This document shows positions 10,106 to 19,620 of a DNA stretch of 64,000 bases, piece after piece (position 1 is the first letter of the stretch; each line of letters starts with the position of its first letter). Under the pieces are notes generated by a model. That model made no database searches, was not told the DNA's origin, and saw only the letters and a program-made list of their open reading frames with translations. The stretch comes from a virus. Taxonomy: Duplodnaviria; Caudoviricetes. Where the stretch lies: IMG/VR virus record IMGVR_UViG_3300021387_001147, positions 23,961 through 87,960 of that record, one strand, 5' to 3'. A program made the position numbers and the translations under genes.

Positions 10106-11070
10106 GTTATTCGAATAGTTCCCTTGCTACATATACAAAGCTAAGTCCAAATAATTCAGGTCTTAGAGCTCACACTATTGACCGGATCAGTCCTCATTGC
10201 GTGGTTGGTCAATGCTCGATTCAGAGTCTTGGATCATGGTTTGCACTTAGTTCAACCAGAGCTTCTTCTAACTATGGCATTGATAAGGATGGCAAGATTG
10301 GTCTTTTCGTTGAGGAGAAAAATAGATCCTGGTGTACATCGAGTTCAGCTAACGATAATAGAGCTATTACTATTGAGTGCGCTTCCGACTCTACCGATCC
10401 TTATACAATGCATAACTGTGTTTACACTTCTCTTATTAAGCTTTGCGCCGATATTTGTAAGAGAAATGGCAAGACGAAGCTTCTTTGGATTCCTGATAAG
10501 AATAAAGCACTCAATTATTCACCGAAATCTGATGAAATGCTGATTACAGTGCACCGGTGGTTTGCAAATAAGTCTTGCCCAGGAGACTGGTTATATTCTA
10601 GACTTGGAAGTCTTGCAGATCAGGTCAATAAATTACTTGGCGCTAAAACTGAAACCGCTAAGCCTTCTATCTCTACAGCAACTACTCCTGGAACAACTAA
10701 ATCTCATTCGACTCTTAGACTTAATTCTCCTGAGTATGAAGAGGTCAAGACATTGCAGACTTACCTCAACAAGTTTGGAGCGAATCTTGTAGTGGATGGA
10801 CTCTTTGGAATTAAGACTTATCTAGCCGTTCGCGAATTTCAGAAGAATTACGATCTGTTTGTTGATGGCATTGTAGGACCTAATACTTGGGGTAAACTTG
10901 ATAGCCTTGTTAAGAATGCATCTAGCAAGAAGACAGTATCCGAACTTGCTAAAGAAGTTATCTCCGGTAAATGGGGCAATTGGCCAGATCGTGAGAAGAG
11001 ATTGACTTCAGCTGGATACAGCTATAAAGAAGTTCAGGACGAAGTTGACAAACTCATGGGCAAGAAATAA
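10102..11070 (+). CDS. Endolysin: N-acetylmuramoyl-L-alanine amidase + peptidoglycan-binding domain + Cpl-7-like repeat
   Basis: PHCVVG, SSNYGI, AITIECAS, HRWFANKSCPG; VDGLFG..T..AV..FQ; AKEVISGKWGN..R..RL..AGY. Confidence 0.92.
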   Translation: MSYSNSSLATYTKLSPNNSGLRAHTIDRISPHCVVGQCSIQSLGSWFALSSTRASSNYGIDKDGKIGLFVEEKNRSWCTSSSANDNRAITIECASDSTDPYTMHNCVYTSLIKLCADICKRNGKTKLLWIPDKNKALNYSPKSDEMLITVHRWFANKSCPGDWLYSRLGSLADQVNKLLGAKTETAKPSISTATTPGTTKSHSTLRLNSPEYEEVKTLQTYLNKFGANLVVDGLFGIKTYLAVREFQKNYDLFVDGIVGPNTWGKLDSLVKNASSKKTVSELAKEVISGKWGNWPDREKRLTSAGYSYKEVQDEVDKLMGKK

Positions 11071-11468
11071 TGTTCATATACCTTAACATGAATCCAGAAG
11101 CAAAAGAGACATTTGACTGTGTAATTAGAGCTGTTTCTTTTGTTCTTGGACTTGATTGGGATACTACTTTTCTCTACATAGCTATCGAGTGTCTAATTCA
11201 TCATGATATGCCAGAGCAGAATTATATTTGGGCAGGGCTACTTCGGAAAATGGGATTTACACGTCACATTATACCGGACACCTGCCCTGTTTGTTATACA
11301 GTAAAAGATTTCTGCCATGATCATCCTTATGGCACTTATCTTCTTGTAATTATAAGCCACGGTGAAGGTGGCGGACATGTCGTAGCAGTAGAGGATGGGA
11401 ATTACTATGATATTTGGGACTCAGGCGATGAAGTTCCAACGTACTACTGGACTAGAGAAAGGGGATAA
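11070..11468 (+). CDS. Papain-like / C39-type cysteine peptidase-like protein
   Basis: DCVIRA (Cys), GHVVAV (His), YYDIWDSG (Asp) triad pattern. Confidence 0.55.
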   Translation: MFIYLNMNPEAKETFDCVIRAVSFVLGLDWDTTFLYIAIECLIHHDMPEQNYIWAGLLRKMGFTRHIIPDTCPVCYTVKDFCHDHPYGTYLLVIISHGEGGGHVVAVEDGNYYDIWDSGDEVPTYYWTRERG

Positions 11469-11473
11469 GACAA

Positions 11474-11959
11474 ATGGCATATAACTATTCACAATATCAG
11501 CCTGGGTACTATCAGGGCAATGGAAATGGGTATCCTCAGCAGAATCCTTATTATCAAACTGCTGTAAATACTCAGCAATATTCCGGCGGTGGGATGCAAA
11601 CAGCTGTCCCAATGGCTCAAATGCAGCAGCCTATGAGTCAGCAGAGTGCTTCATCTGGAATTAACTGGGTTCAGGGTAGAGCAGGTGCAAATTCGTTTTA
11701 TGTGGCTCCTGGACAGTCAGCTCTTTTGATGGACAGTGAAGATTCTGTCCTCTATGTGAAGTCCGTTGATATGACTGGAAGACCGATGCCTCTTGAAATT
11801 TATGATCTGGTTAAGAGAGATAGTGTCGTCGATGTTCCTCAGATTTCTCAGAGACAAGCTCCAGCATCTCAGCCTGCACCGGACATGAGTCAGTATGTAA
11901 AGGCTTCCGATCTTGAATCTATGGTCGAGAAGTATGTGAATAAAGTCTTAGAGAAATGA
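11474..11959 (+). CDS. Gln/Tyr-rich hypothetical protein
   Basis: Low-complexity Q/Y N-terminus, globular WVQG...LLMDSE core. Confidence 0.75.
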   Translation: MAYNYSQYQPGYYQGNGNGYPQQNPYYQTAVNTQQYSGGGMQTAVPMAQMQQPMSQQSASSGINWVQGRAGANSFYVAPGQSALLMDSEDSVLYVKSVDMTGRPMPLEIYDLVKRDSVVDVPQISQRQAPASQPAPDMSQYVKASDLESMVEKYVNKVLEK

Positions 11960-12012
11960 AAATAGTAATCATTCTTCTTATAGTTCTTTATATCATTGCC
12001 ACAATGTAAGAG

Positions 12013-12249
12013 GTGAATAATATGCCAAATCCCTTATTCAGTAGATTTGGAGGAGGATCAGGTCCAAAGATGCCTGGTCCTTTTTCTAACTTTATGAACA
12101 TGATGAGCCAGTTCAGACAGTTCAGAAGTCAGTTTCAGGGAGATCCTAGGCAGCAAGTTCAGGAGCTTTTGAATTCCGGACAGATGACTCAGGAGCAATT
12201 CAATCAGTTAAGTAGCATGGCTAACCAATTTAAAGATATGTTCAAGTAA
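12013..12249 (+). CDS. Small Met/Gln/Phe-rich protein
   Basis: GDPRQQVQELLNSGQMTQEQFNQL; RBS gagg. Confidence 0.75.
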   Translation: MNNMPNPLFSRFGGGSGPKMPGPFSNFMNMMSQFRQFRSQFQGDPRQQVQELLNSGQMTQEQFNQLSSMANQFKDMFK

Positions 12250-12343
12250 TGTTGTAGGTGGCTTGACGTCTTTACTGCATAAGTATGCGAACAAAAGGCC
12301 ATGCTTAATAGTTTCTTTACAACAGAATATGGAACTCGTAGGG

Positions 12344-12455
12344 CTTAAGTTGGCTTGCTTCTTGAATTGCATCTTTTAACCACAACATAAAGTGTTTGCA
12401 AGTCCGTTTAGCTTTTGATTTATCTAAATTAATTCAAAATGCAAGCCAATTTAAG
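12344..12455. repeat. 25-bp imperfect inverted repeat enclosing 62 nt
   Basis: cttaagttggcttgcttcttgaatt (12344-12368) vs aattcaaaatgcaagccaatttaag (12431-12455). Confidence 0.8.
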
Positions 12456-12504
12456 AGTTTCTAAGTAACTTGTTAAGCGTTTTCTAAAAGGAGGAATATT
12501 TAAT

Positions 12505-13338
12505 ATGTCCTTGGTAAACGATGGAGCTGGTAATATGGTCATGCCTGTAGGTCCTATGGGTGGATATGGAAATGGTAGTCTTGGATGGGGAGGAGATGGA
12601 TCTTTCTGGATCATTATTCTTTTCCTGTTCGCTATGATGAATGGCAATTGGGGAGGATGGGGCAATAATGCAGGCGCTGCTATGCCCTATATCATGAACA
12701 ACACAACGAATAATGACATGCAGCGTGGATTTGATCAGCAGGCTATTATGGGCGGTATTAACGGTATCAACACAGCTCTTGCTAATGCCGAAGTGTCCAG
12801 ATGTAACGCTCAGGCCAACATTCTTCAGACATTAAATCAGAACCAGTCGGCTGCAAATCAGGCTATGAATAGTCTCGCTATGAGTCTGCAGAACTGTTGC
12901 TGTGAGAATAGAGCAGGTCTTGCTGATCTTAAGTATACTGTTGCTACAGAGGCTTGTGCTGATCGTCAGGCTGTTACGAATGCTCTCTTCGATGTGACTA
13001 CTGCTAATAACAATAATACGCAGCAGCTCGCAAATGCGATCAACAACGGCATTCAGTCTATTCAGGATAAGCTTTGCAGTCTTGAGCTTGAAGGCGTTAA
13101 GAATCAGCTTGCTCAGGCGAATAGAGAGAATGCAGCTCTTCAGTCTCAGCTTGCTGTATCTAATCAGAATGCTATTATTCAGCAGGGATTCGCAAATGAG
13201 GTGGACAATCTCTACAATCGTCTGAATAATTGCCCAGTTCCTACCACTCCTGTTTATGGTCGTACTCCGATCTTTACCTGCAATAATGGCATGAGCGGAT
13301 GCGGATGTGGCTGCAGCGGTAACGGCTTCGTAGCATAA
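12505..13338 (+). CDS. Gly/Asn-rich protein with hydrophobic segment, coiled coil, CCC motif and CGCGC tail
   Basis: FWIIILFLFAMM, NCCCEN, GCGCGCSG; strong RBS. Confidence 0.8.
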   Translation: MSLVNDGAGNMVMPVGPMGGYGNGSLGWGGDGSFWIIILFLFAMMNGNWGGWGNNAGAAMPYIMNNTTNNDMQRGFDQQAIMGGINGINTALANAEVSRCNAQANILQTLNQNQSAANQAMNSLAMSLQNCCCENRAGLADLKYTVATEACADRQAVTNALFDVTTANNNNTQQLANAINNGIQSIQDKLCSLELEGVKNQLAQANRENAALQSQLAVSNQNAIIQQGFANEVDNLYNRLNNCPVPTTPVYGRTPIFTCNNGMSGCGCGCSGNGFVA

Positions 13339-13353
13339 GGCTGGAGGTGCAAT

Positions 13354-13818
13354 ATGTCAGAATATTTAACCAGAGATGCAGTTGAAAGTGTAGCTCTTAA
13401 TACTGCAATCCCATTCGTGGATTCTATTCCTTGTACTCGTGGCTATGTATGGCATCAGAGTGGTACAGGAATTTTTGTTCTGCGTGGCATCGTGAATAAT
13501 CCTTGTGCTTCGTTCGCTCGCTATGAAGTAGAGTTTACAGGTAATATTGCTATTCCGACAGGCGGAGCAGTAACTCCGATTGCAACAGCTATTATTGTGT
13601 CAGGTGAGAGTCGTACTGGCAGTAGAAGTATATTTACTCCAGCTGCTGTAGATACATACGGCAATGTTACAAGCCGTGCTACGATCGATGTTCCTAAAGG
13701 ATGCTGCTTCACCGTATCTGTTGAGTATGTGAATGGAGCCGTTGACAATCCTACTGCTACTCCGACTCCACTCATTAATGTGGTTGATGGCAGCTTGTCT
13801 ATTAGAAGGTCAGCTTAA
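13354..13818 (+). CDS. Beta-sandwich protein (BclA C-terminal / C1q-like guess)
   Basis: Alternating beta pattern, YEVEFTGNI, GCC; fold assignment is inference. Confidence 0.6.
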   Translation: MSEYLTRDAVESVALNTAIPFVDSIPCTRGYVWHQSGTGIFVLRGIVNNPCASFARYEVEFTGNIAIPTGGAVTPIATAIIVSGESRTGSRSIFTPAAVDTYGNVTSRATIDVPKGCCFTVSVEYVNGAVDNPTATPTPLINVVDGSLSIRRSA

Positions 13819-13835
13819 GAAAGGAGGGAGATCCC

Positions 13836-14231
13836 ATGAAAGAACTTGAGAATCTGAAAGAATTATATTTGGATGAAATTAAGGCTATCAACAAGAAGGG
13901 GGAGCTCACTCCTACTGATGCTGAAGCTGCAAAGAAAGCACTCGAAGCTATCGAAAAGATCAATAAACTTTGCTATGACGAAGAGTACGAGGATGAAGGA
14001 TATTCCGAAAGGATGTATCCTCGCTATTCTATGAATCGTTCCTACAGAAGCATGATGCCTGAGATGAGACCGTATGAGTATGACGATCATATGAGCCACA
14101 CGGGTTATAGTGAAAGAAGAGGCAGAAGTGCTACCACAGGACGTTATATTTCAAGACACGCTGGAAGTGATAACGATAACATGGTTATTGATGACATTAT
14201 CGCGAAGCTTGAGAACATGAAGAACTATTAA
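13836..14231 (+). CDS. Hypothetical protein with R/Y/M/S-rich disordered C-half
   Basis: RBS aaggaggg; RRGRSATTGRYISR. Confidence 0.7.
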   Translation: MKELENLKELYLDEIKAINKKGELTPTDAEAAKKALEAIEKINKLCYDEEYEDEGYSERMYPRYSMNRSYRSMMPEMRPYEYDDHMSHTGYSERRGRSATTGRYISRHAGSDNDNMVIDDIIAKLENMKNY

Positions 14232-14273
14232 CTTTTAAACAGTATGCAATGATTTAACCTGGAGGCATATCGA

Positions 14274-14834
14274 ATGTCCATAGATGAAATCTTTTCCAAA
14301 ATGTCTGAGCATATGGTAAAGGGAATGATGGTTCATGAGCAGCTTATGAATTCCTATTTATATTTGGGATTAAAAGGCTATGCTGCTTGTCACGAGTATC
14401 ATTATCTTGAAGAGACGAAAGGACACATTAGGCTTAACACATACAAGATTGAACACTATGATTCACTTGTAGTAGGAACGTTTGATAGATCTGATGTTCC
14501 TGAAATTGTCCCAGAGTCATGGTTTAACTTCAAACGGAATACAGTTGATGCTAATACTCGAAATCAAGCAATAGCAGCTGCTTACGATGAATGGATTAAT
14601 TGGGAATCTGAAACGAAAGTTTTATACGAAGAGATCTATTCAGACCTAATTAATCAGGGAGAAATTCCTTTCGCTGAATTCGTTAAGGAATACATCTTAG
14701 ACGTTGAAGAAGAATTAGTTTATGCTAAATCTGAGAGACTCGCTAAATCGTCTATGGACTTCGACATAGTCTCCATTTTAGAAGAGCAGGAGCAGTATGA
14801 ACGTTCTTTTAAAAAGAAAATCCGTAAAGGGTAA
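14274..14834 (+). CDS. Ferritin-like four-helix protein
   Basis: LGLKGYA...EETKGH and later WE..T..LYE...DVEEEL resemble ferritin helices. Confidence 0.6.
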   Translation: MSIDEIFSKMSEHMVKGMMVHEQLMNSYLYLGLKGYAACHEYHYLEETKGHIRLNTYKIEHYDSLVVGTFDRSDVPEIVPESWFNFKRNTVDANTRNQAIAAAYDEWINWESETKVLYEEIYSDLINQGEIPFAEFVKEYILDVEEELVYAKSERLAKSSMDFDIVSILEEQEQYERSFKKKIRKG

Positions 14835-14864
14835 ATCATTTCATACTTCTCATGTGGAGGACGT

Positions 14865-15209
14865 ATGGGAATCATTGGATATATCTCTGCGCACTGGATC
14901 GAGTGGCTCTTCATGATCGTTACTGCTATCATAGGATTCGGTTATAGAACTGTTCTTAAGAGATTGCAAGAAGAAAAGCAGCGAAATGAAGCCATTGCTG
15001 AAGGTGTGCAGAGCCTTTTAAGAGAAAGCATTGTAAACAGTTACAACAAGTATCAGGATAAGGGCTTTTGTCCCATTTATGCGAAAGAGAGCATTCGTAA
15101 AGTTTATTTGGCTTATCATAATCTTGGCGGAAATGATGTAGCCACAAACCTTTACAATAATGTCTTAGCCATGAGGGAAGAGCCTGAAGGTAAAGAGAAG
15201 AATGAGTAA
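14865..15209 (+). CDS. Holin-associated membrane protein
   Basis: N-terminal TM, coiled coil, YHNLGGN motif. Confidence 0.65.
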   Translation: MGIIGYISAHWIEWLFMIVTAIIGFGYRTVLKRLQEEKQRNEAIAEGVQSLLRESIVNSYNKYQDKGFCPIYAKESIRKVYLAYHNLGGNDVATNLYNNVLAMREEPEGKEKNE

Positions 15210-15426
15210 TAAAGTGTATGATATTTTAAAATTCATTGCTCAGATCGTATTGCCTGCCATTGCGACTTTCTATGTAACGATTGCGGGCATTTGGAATTTG
15301 CCACTTGGAGATGAGATTAGCCGTACTGTTATGGCAATTGATACTCTTCTTGGTGCAATCCTTATGATCTCTACTGCTTCGTATAAGAAAGGCCTTTTGG
15401 AAGAAAAGCCTGAAGCAGAGGAATGA
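15202..15426 (+). CDS. Holin (Dp-1-like)
   Basis: MSNKVYDILKFIAQIVLPAIATFY..IAGIWNLP; two TM helices. Confidence 0.85.
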   Translation: MSNKVYDILKFIAQIVLPAIATFYVTIAGIWNLPLGDEISRTVMAIDTLLGAILMISTASYKKGLLEEKPEAEE

Positions 15427-15517
15427 ACTATGGCTGATGATAGGTGATAGTTGCTTATCATCAGCCTTTTGATTTCGAAAACAATATTATATTTATATAG
15501 ATGAGAAAGGAGTACAT

Positions 15518-16678
15518 ATGGCTAATATAGCTACTTACTTAGCAAAAATTAAATCCGCAGTTTACGGAGAAGAGGTACGTGGAGCGATCCATGATTCTAT
15601 TAATACTATAAACAACGATGTGGAAAATGCAATCAGAAGAAATGCCAATGCACTTCCTTTCTGTGGTGATTTAGCTTCAATCAATCTCGATTACGTTACG
15701 GGATCAAACGATAGCTACAGAGGAATTTATAGGCTTCTTCCTAGAAATACGTATACTAATTTGCCGTCCGACTTTAATGCAAATAAAACAGGCTGTCTTA
15801 TTGTTTACACAAATGGATCATATTGTATTCAAGAGCTGCATTACTATGAATCTTTTGTCGGTAATCCCAACATGGGTTTTAAATTTTGGAAAAGAAATGA
15901 CTATATAGGCGGGCTTAGTGATGGGTCATTTTCAGATTGGGTAAGCATAAATTCCTATGTCGAATCTATTATTAGCAACAATTCTATCATCACAGGTTTA
16001 CGGACTGACCTTAATAATCAGAAAACAAAATTCCAGGGCGATGTTGATTACGCTAACGATATGGCAAGAAATGCTATGAATAAGGCGTTAGAACTTGAAC
16101 GTCGTATGGATGGCGGTGAAGGCGGAGGAGGCGGTGGCTCTGTTGTTATCTCTACAGACGCTACATTAACTCAATCTGGTGTTCCTGCTGATGCAAAAGC
16201 TGCTGGGGATAAAATTACTGGAATAAGAACAGACGTCGATACTGCTAATGATTATGCGAGGAATGCTATAAATACTGCTAACAGCGTATCCGGAAGATTA
16301 GATAGTGCACTTGATAGCATTAATAGTGAATTTAGCGGTGTTAACGACAGTATTAGCGACATTAATGACATCTTAAATAGTGCAATTTTTAGAGCTAGAA
16401 CCATTACAAATGGAGACATTAATTTAGTGTACAATCCAGGCATTTATGGAGTACTATCTCCAAGTGCAGAAGCAACACAGAACTGGCCTTATCCTGACGA
16501 ATATGGGACTCTTGCTGTGTTTAGAGGAGCATCAGATTCATTAACGCCAGTTGTTTATTGTTTAGTGCAGGTAGCTTTTTGTTCTCACGGGGCAGCGTTT
16601 AGAATGCTTATTCCGCCTTTAATGGATCCTGAAGATCCTGTATATACAGACTGGATGACATTATATTCTGGAGAGTAA
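15518..16678 (+). CDS. Tail-fibre-like structural protein
   Basis: AVYGEEVRGAIHDSI N-terminus, D.TLTQSG.PADAKA linker, coiled coil, D.N....PG.Y fibre repeats. Confidence 0.6.
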   Translation: MANIATYLAKIKSAVYGEEVRGAIHDSINTINNDVENAIRRNANALPFCGDLASINLDYVTGSNDSYRGIYRLLPRNTYTNLPSDFNANKTGCLIVYTNGSYCIQELHYYESFVGNPNMGFKFWKRNDYIGGLSDGSFSDWVSINSYVESIISNNSIITGLRTDLNNQKTKFQGDVDYANDMARNAMNKALELERRMDGGEGGGGGGSVVISTDATLTQSGVPADAKAAGDKITGIRTDVDTANDYARNAINTANSVSGRLDSALDSINSEFSGVNDSISDINDILNSAIFRARTITNGDINLVYNPGIYGVLSPSAEATQNWPYPDEYGTLAVFRGASDSLTPVVYCLVQVAFCSHGAAFRMLIPPLMDPEDPVYTDWMTLYSGE

Positions 16679-16700
16679 TAAAAAGCATTTAAAAGCAACT

Positions 16701-16885
16701 GATTAGTACCCTACTTATACCACAAATGTTATTTTGTAGCGTAAATAGGTATACTAATCTTTTCTTTCCCTAAATATGAAGACCCCTCCCCGTAGGATCA
16801 TGTGAGAAAACAAGCCTATTGGGAGGGGTATTTCGTTGTCCTAAAATGACATAAAAAGCACTTCATTAGTACCCCACTGGTACCA
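16701..16885. mobile_element. Probable attP region with arm-type repeats
   Basis: attagtaccc.act..tacca at 16702 and 16865, inverted copy at 16748, cccctccc/gggagggg inverted repeat 16783-16828; directly downstream of integrase. Confidence 0.55.
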
Positions 16886-16900
16886 CCTAGGCATATCGCC

Positions 16901-18109
16901 TTATTTTATCTTGGAAAGTTCTTTATGAAGCCAAATGATATTTCTGGCGGTGTATACGCGTTCAGTAATGTCCATAATTCTGTGACCAACAATTAACTTG
17001 ATAGCGTACTCATCTACTCCGGCTTCCTTAGCCATGGTGATGAAATGCTTTCTCCCATCGTGAGGCCTATGATCCGGATTGAGTTTAAGCTCACTTGCCA
17101 GCTCCTTATATTTTACTTTCAAGATTTCATACGATATAGGGTACTTCGGTTTAAAGAACAGCTTACTCATTCCGGATTTAATAGCCTCAGTATACCATCT
17201 TTGAAGAATAGGTCTAATCTTTTCGTGAATCGGTACTTCTCTATTCTTTCCTGCCTCAGTCTTGGATCCGCAGATAATTGACCAGTCTTTCATATTTACT
17301 TTCGATACATCAATATTACAAAGCTCATTAGGACGAAGACCTGAATAGCACTGAAAAACGATCATGTCAGATACCCATGATTCACCTACCTTACTCCAGA
17401 GCTTCTTCATCTCTTCATCTGTATATTTGATATGAGGCTTAACGGCATCATCATTACCGAACCCAGTCCTGATATCACGAGCGTAATTCCGATCTACGTA
17501 TCCATACTCAACGGCGTAGTCCATCATCATTGAGATCGTATACTTTATATTTTTCTTTGTGTTATCTGAAGGGTATAGTGTCTTGTCATTCACAGTCTTA
17601 TGAGCATCGTCAAGAAGTCTTCTAAGATCTGGTGTCTTAATTGACTGCACTAGTCTAAACCCAATAACCTCTTCACAGTACTTCCAGGCAGCTTTAATGG
17701 CATCATACCTCGAATTGCTAACCTCCTGCCTATGAATCTCTACCCATCTCTCATACAGCTCGTTCATAGTCATGTCGTTATCGAAGTCATATGGATTTGC
17801 ATGATATTCTACGAGTGCTTTATAGGCTTCATTATAGGTCTTAAAGTATGCTTCAGGCTTAAGTAGTTTCCCTATCGGATGCCCAAACTCATCCTTTCCA
17901 ACAGATACCATGACTCTGAAAGGTTTACGGCGCTTCTTATCTGTGAGTTCAGTAATCCTGCCGAAACCATTAGGAAGTCTCATATGAGTAGTACGCTTCT
18001 TTTTAGGCGAGTCTTTAGGCTTGGTGAGCGATAGTGGCATACCGCAGTTAGGACAAGAGATAGCTTTATCTGATACGTCATGGCCACACTCTGGGCATTT
18101 AATTAGCAT
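16901..18109 (-). CDS. int: Tyrosine integrase with N-terminal zinc ribbon
   Basis: CPECG..CPNCG; GLRPNE, HDGRKHF, VGH, ERVY catalytic residues. Confidence 0.93.
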   Translation of the reverse strand: MLIKCPECGHDVSDKAISCPNCGMPLSLTKPKDSPKKKRTTHMRLPNGFGRITELTDKKRRKPFRVMVSVGKDEFGHPIGKLLKPEAYFKTYNEAYKALVEYHANPYDFDNDMTMNELYERWVEIHRQEVSNSRYDAIKAAWKYCEEVIGFRLVQSIKTPDLRRLLDDAHKTVNDKTLYPSDNTKKNIKYTISMMMDYAVEYGYVDRNYARDIRTGFGNDDAVKPHIKYTDEEMKKLWSKVGESWVSDMIVFQCYSGLRPNELCNIDVSKVNMKDWSIICGSKTEAGKNREVPIHEKIRPILQRWYTEAIKSGMSKLFFKPKYPISYEILKVKYKELASELKLNPDHRPHDGRKHFITMAKEAGVDEYAIKLIVGHRIMDITERVYTARNIIWLHKELSKIK

Positions 18110-18207
18110 TATTTACATCTCCTTATATTTTTTTCTTGGACTTGAGTGAATTCGCAAGATTTACACATCCTATTATAGGAACCTATATATTTAAGGAGGA
18201 AATTACT

Positions 18208-18429
18208 ATGAAGGATGAAGAAGTATTGAAAATATTTAATTGCGGAGCAAAAACATTTGCGAACATACTAATAGTCTCTTTGTATAATAGCGATCCTAAG
18301 GCTGCAGAAGCATTACTTGATTCTGTAAGATCGATGGACACTATTGAAGCAAGAGTCGATGGAAGGGAGTTACATGTCAATTTATACCAAGCATTAAATA
18401 AACAATTAGAAGAGTATTTACATAGATGA
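18208..18429 (+). CDS. Small hypothetical cassette protein
   Basis: RBS aaggagg, ATG 18208, own promoter motif. Confidence 0.7.
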   Translation: MKDEEVLKIFNCGAKTFANILIVSLYNSDPKAAEALLDSVRSMDTIEARVDGRELHVNLYQALNKQLEEYLHR

Positions 18430-18502
18430 TTAGGTTCCTATACGGGATTGTATAATAAACTACAGTCCCTTATTTTTTCGCAACTTTTACATGTTCTATA
18501 AT

Positions 18503-18697
18503 AGAAAGGATCAATGGGTATTAAAGTACCTATGGCGGAACATATACGCAAATGGATCGCCTGTTTGGCAAGCAGGAATATGCGTTATTGCTAGAAGGTG
18601 TATCGCAACCAACGTGAAGCCTTATCCCATTTCGAGTTGGGAATCGGGGAAATAGGCATTCTTATGGATCCATAAGAATTACATCTTCTTATTTTTT
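18503..18697 (+). ncRNA. Putative structured ncRNA cassette
   Basis: Promoter motif, several hairpins, T-tract; only a 26-codon ORF with poorly spaced RBS. Confidence 0.45.
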
Positions 18698-18756
18698 TCG
18701 CAATATTTACACCTCATATTATAGCAGATAAAAACTATTTTATGGGAGGCATTATT

Positions 18757-19041
18757 ATGTATAACTTAAATTATGTATATGTAGTAGTTTCTATGGACAA
18801 AAAGGATTATATGATTGAACAGCTTATCAGCGATCTTGAAGGCTGGGCTAGACATCTGTATAGAGTCGATCGGAAGAATCGGGTCCTGTATAGAGGTCTT
18901 ATTCCAGTGAAAGAACTTGAGAGTCTGTTTACATTAGAAGCCATGAGTCCTTATGGAGCTGGCTACGAGATTACAGTTGACGGAGTACCTGCCAGGGATT
19001 ATGGTTGTTATCCTTGGAAAGTAGTTAGAGGGATTGCATAA
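18757..19041 (+). CDS. Small hypothetical cassette protein
   Basis: RBS ggagg; own promoter motif and downstream hairpin. Confidence 0.7.
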   Translation: MYNLNYVYVVVSMDKKDYMIEQLISDLEGWARHLYRVDRKNRVLYRGLIPVKELESLFTLEAMSPYGAGYEITVDGVPARDYGCYPWKVVRGIA

Positions 19042-19114
19042 ATTGCAGTCCCTTTAATTTTTACATATCCTATAATGTAACAATAACTCACAACTCAATA
19101 AAGGAGGAACGATT

Positions 19115-19417
19115 ATGGAAGAACTTATTAATGCTTTGAATGAACTATTCAGCAATGCACTGAAAGTAGGAATTGTTGAATACCCGGAAGACCCTGGATA
19201 CTTATATTTCAAAGAGGACAACGATTTGTACAAGAAAGTGGATAAGTTGTGTGATCAGTTATTGATTGACAGCTCCGGGCACTGCAACTGGACAAACATT
19301 AACACTCTTCGAAATTCTGGATTCAGGGTCTTCCCTGGAGATAAAGATAGTTTCGGCTGGCTAGTTGGATGTATTCAGAGAAATGGTGACCGTAAGCTTA
19401 CGTTTACTTATGGATGA
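19115..19417 (+). CDS. Small hypothetical cassette protein
   Basis: RBS aaggagga; own promoter motif and hairpin. Confidence 0.75.
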   Translation: MEELINALNELFSNALKVGIVEYPEDPGYLYFKEDNDLYKKVDKLCDQLLIDSSGHCNWTNINTLRNSGFRVFPGDKDSFGWLVGCIQRNGDRKLTFTYG

Positions 19418-19484
19418 TGTTTGTTACGACTTAAGAGCAACTTCTACAGCTGCTCTTAATTTTTCTATAAACTTATGAGAGTTA

Positions 19485-19513
19485 TTGACAACACGACGAA
19501 AACCCTATATAAT
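19485..19513 (+). promoter_or_regulatory. Consensus sigmaA promoter
   Basis: TTGACA-17 nt-TATAAT, perfect. Confidence 0.85.
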
Positions 19514-19591
19514 GCCTTAGTGAGGTACCAATCGCAAAACCTAAGGGCATACATAGGGTATTCTATCATATATGGATCCTAAGCAAATCCT

Positions 19592-19620
19592 ATTGTAGAA
19601 TATTTTCTAAGCCATGTCAA
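19592..19620 (-). promoter_or_regulatory. Convergent sigmaA promoter
   Basis: Minus strand TTGACA-17 nt-TACAAT. Confidence 0.7.

Noticed and set aside
12277-12307. Sporulation sigmaG-like promoter GCATA-18-CATGCTT upstream of the Cys-rich gene
   Set aside because: The -10 deviates from CATACTA and short AT-rich matches are common by chance.
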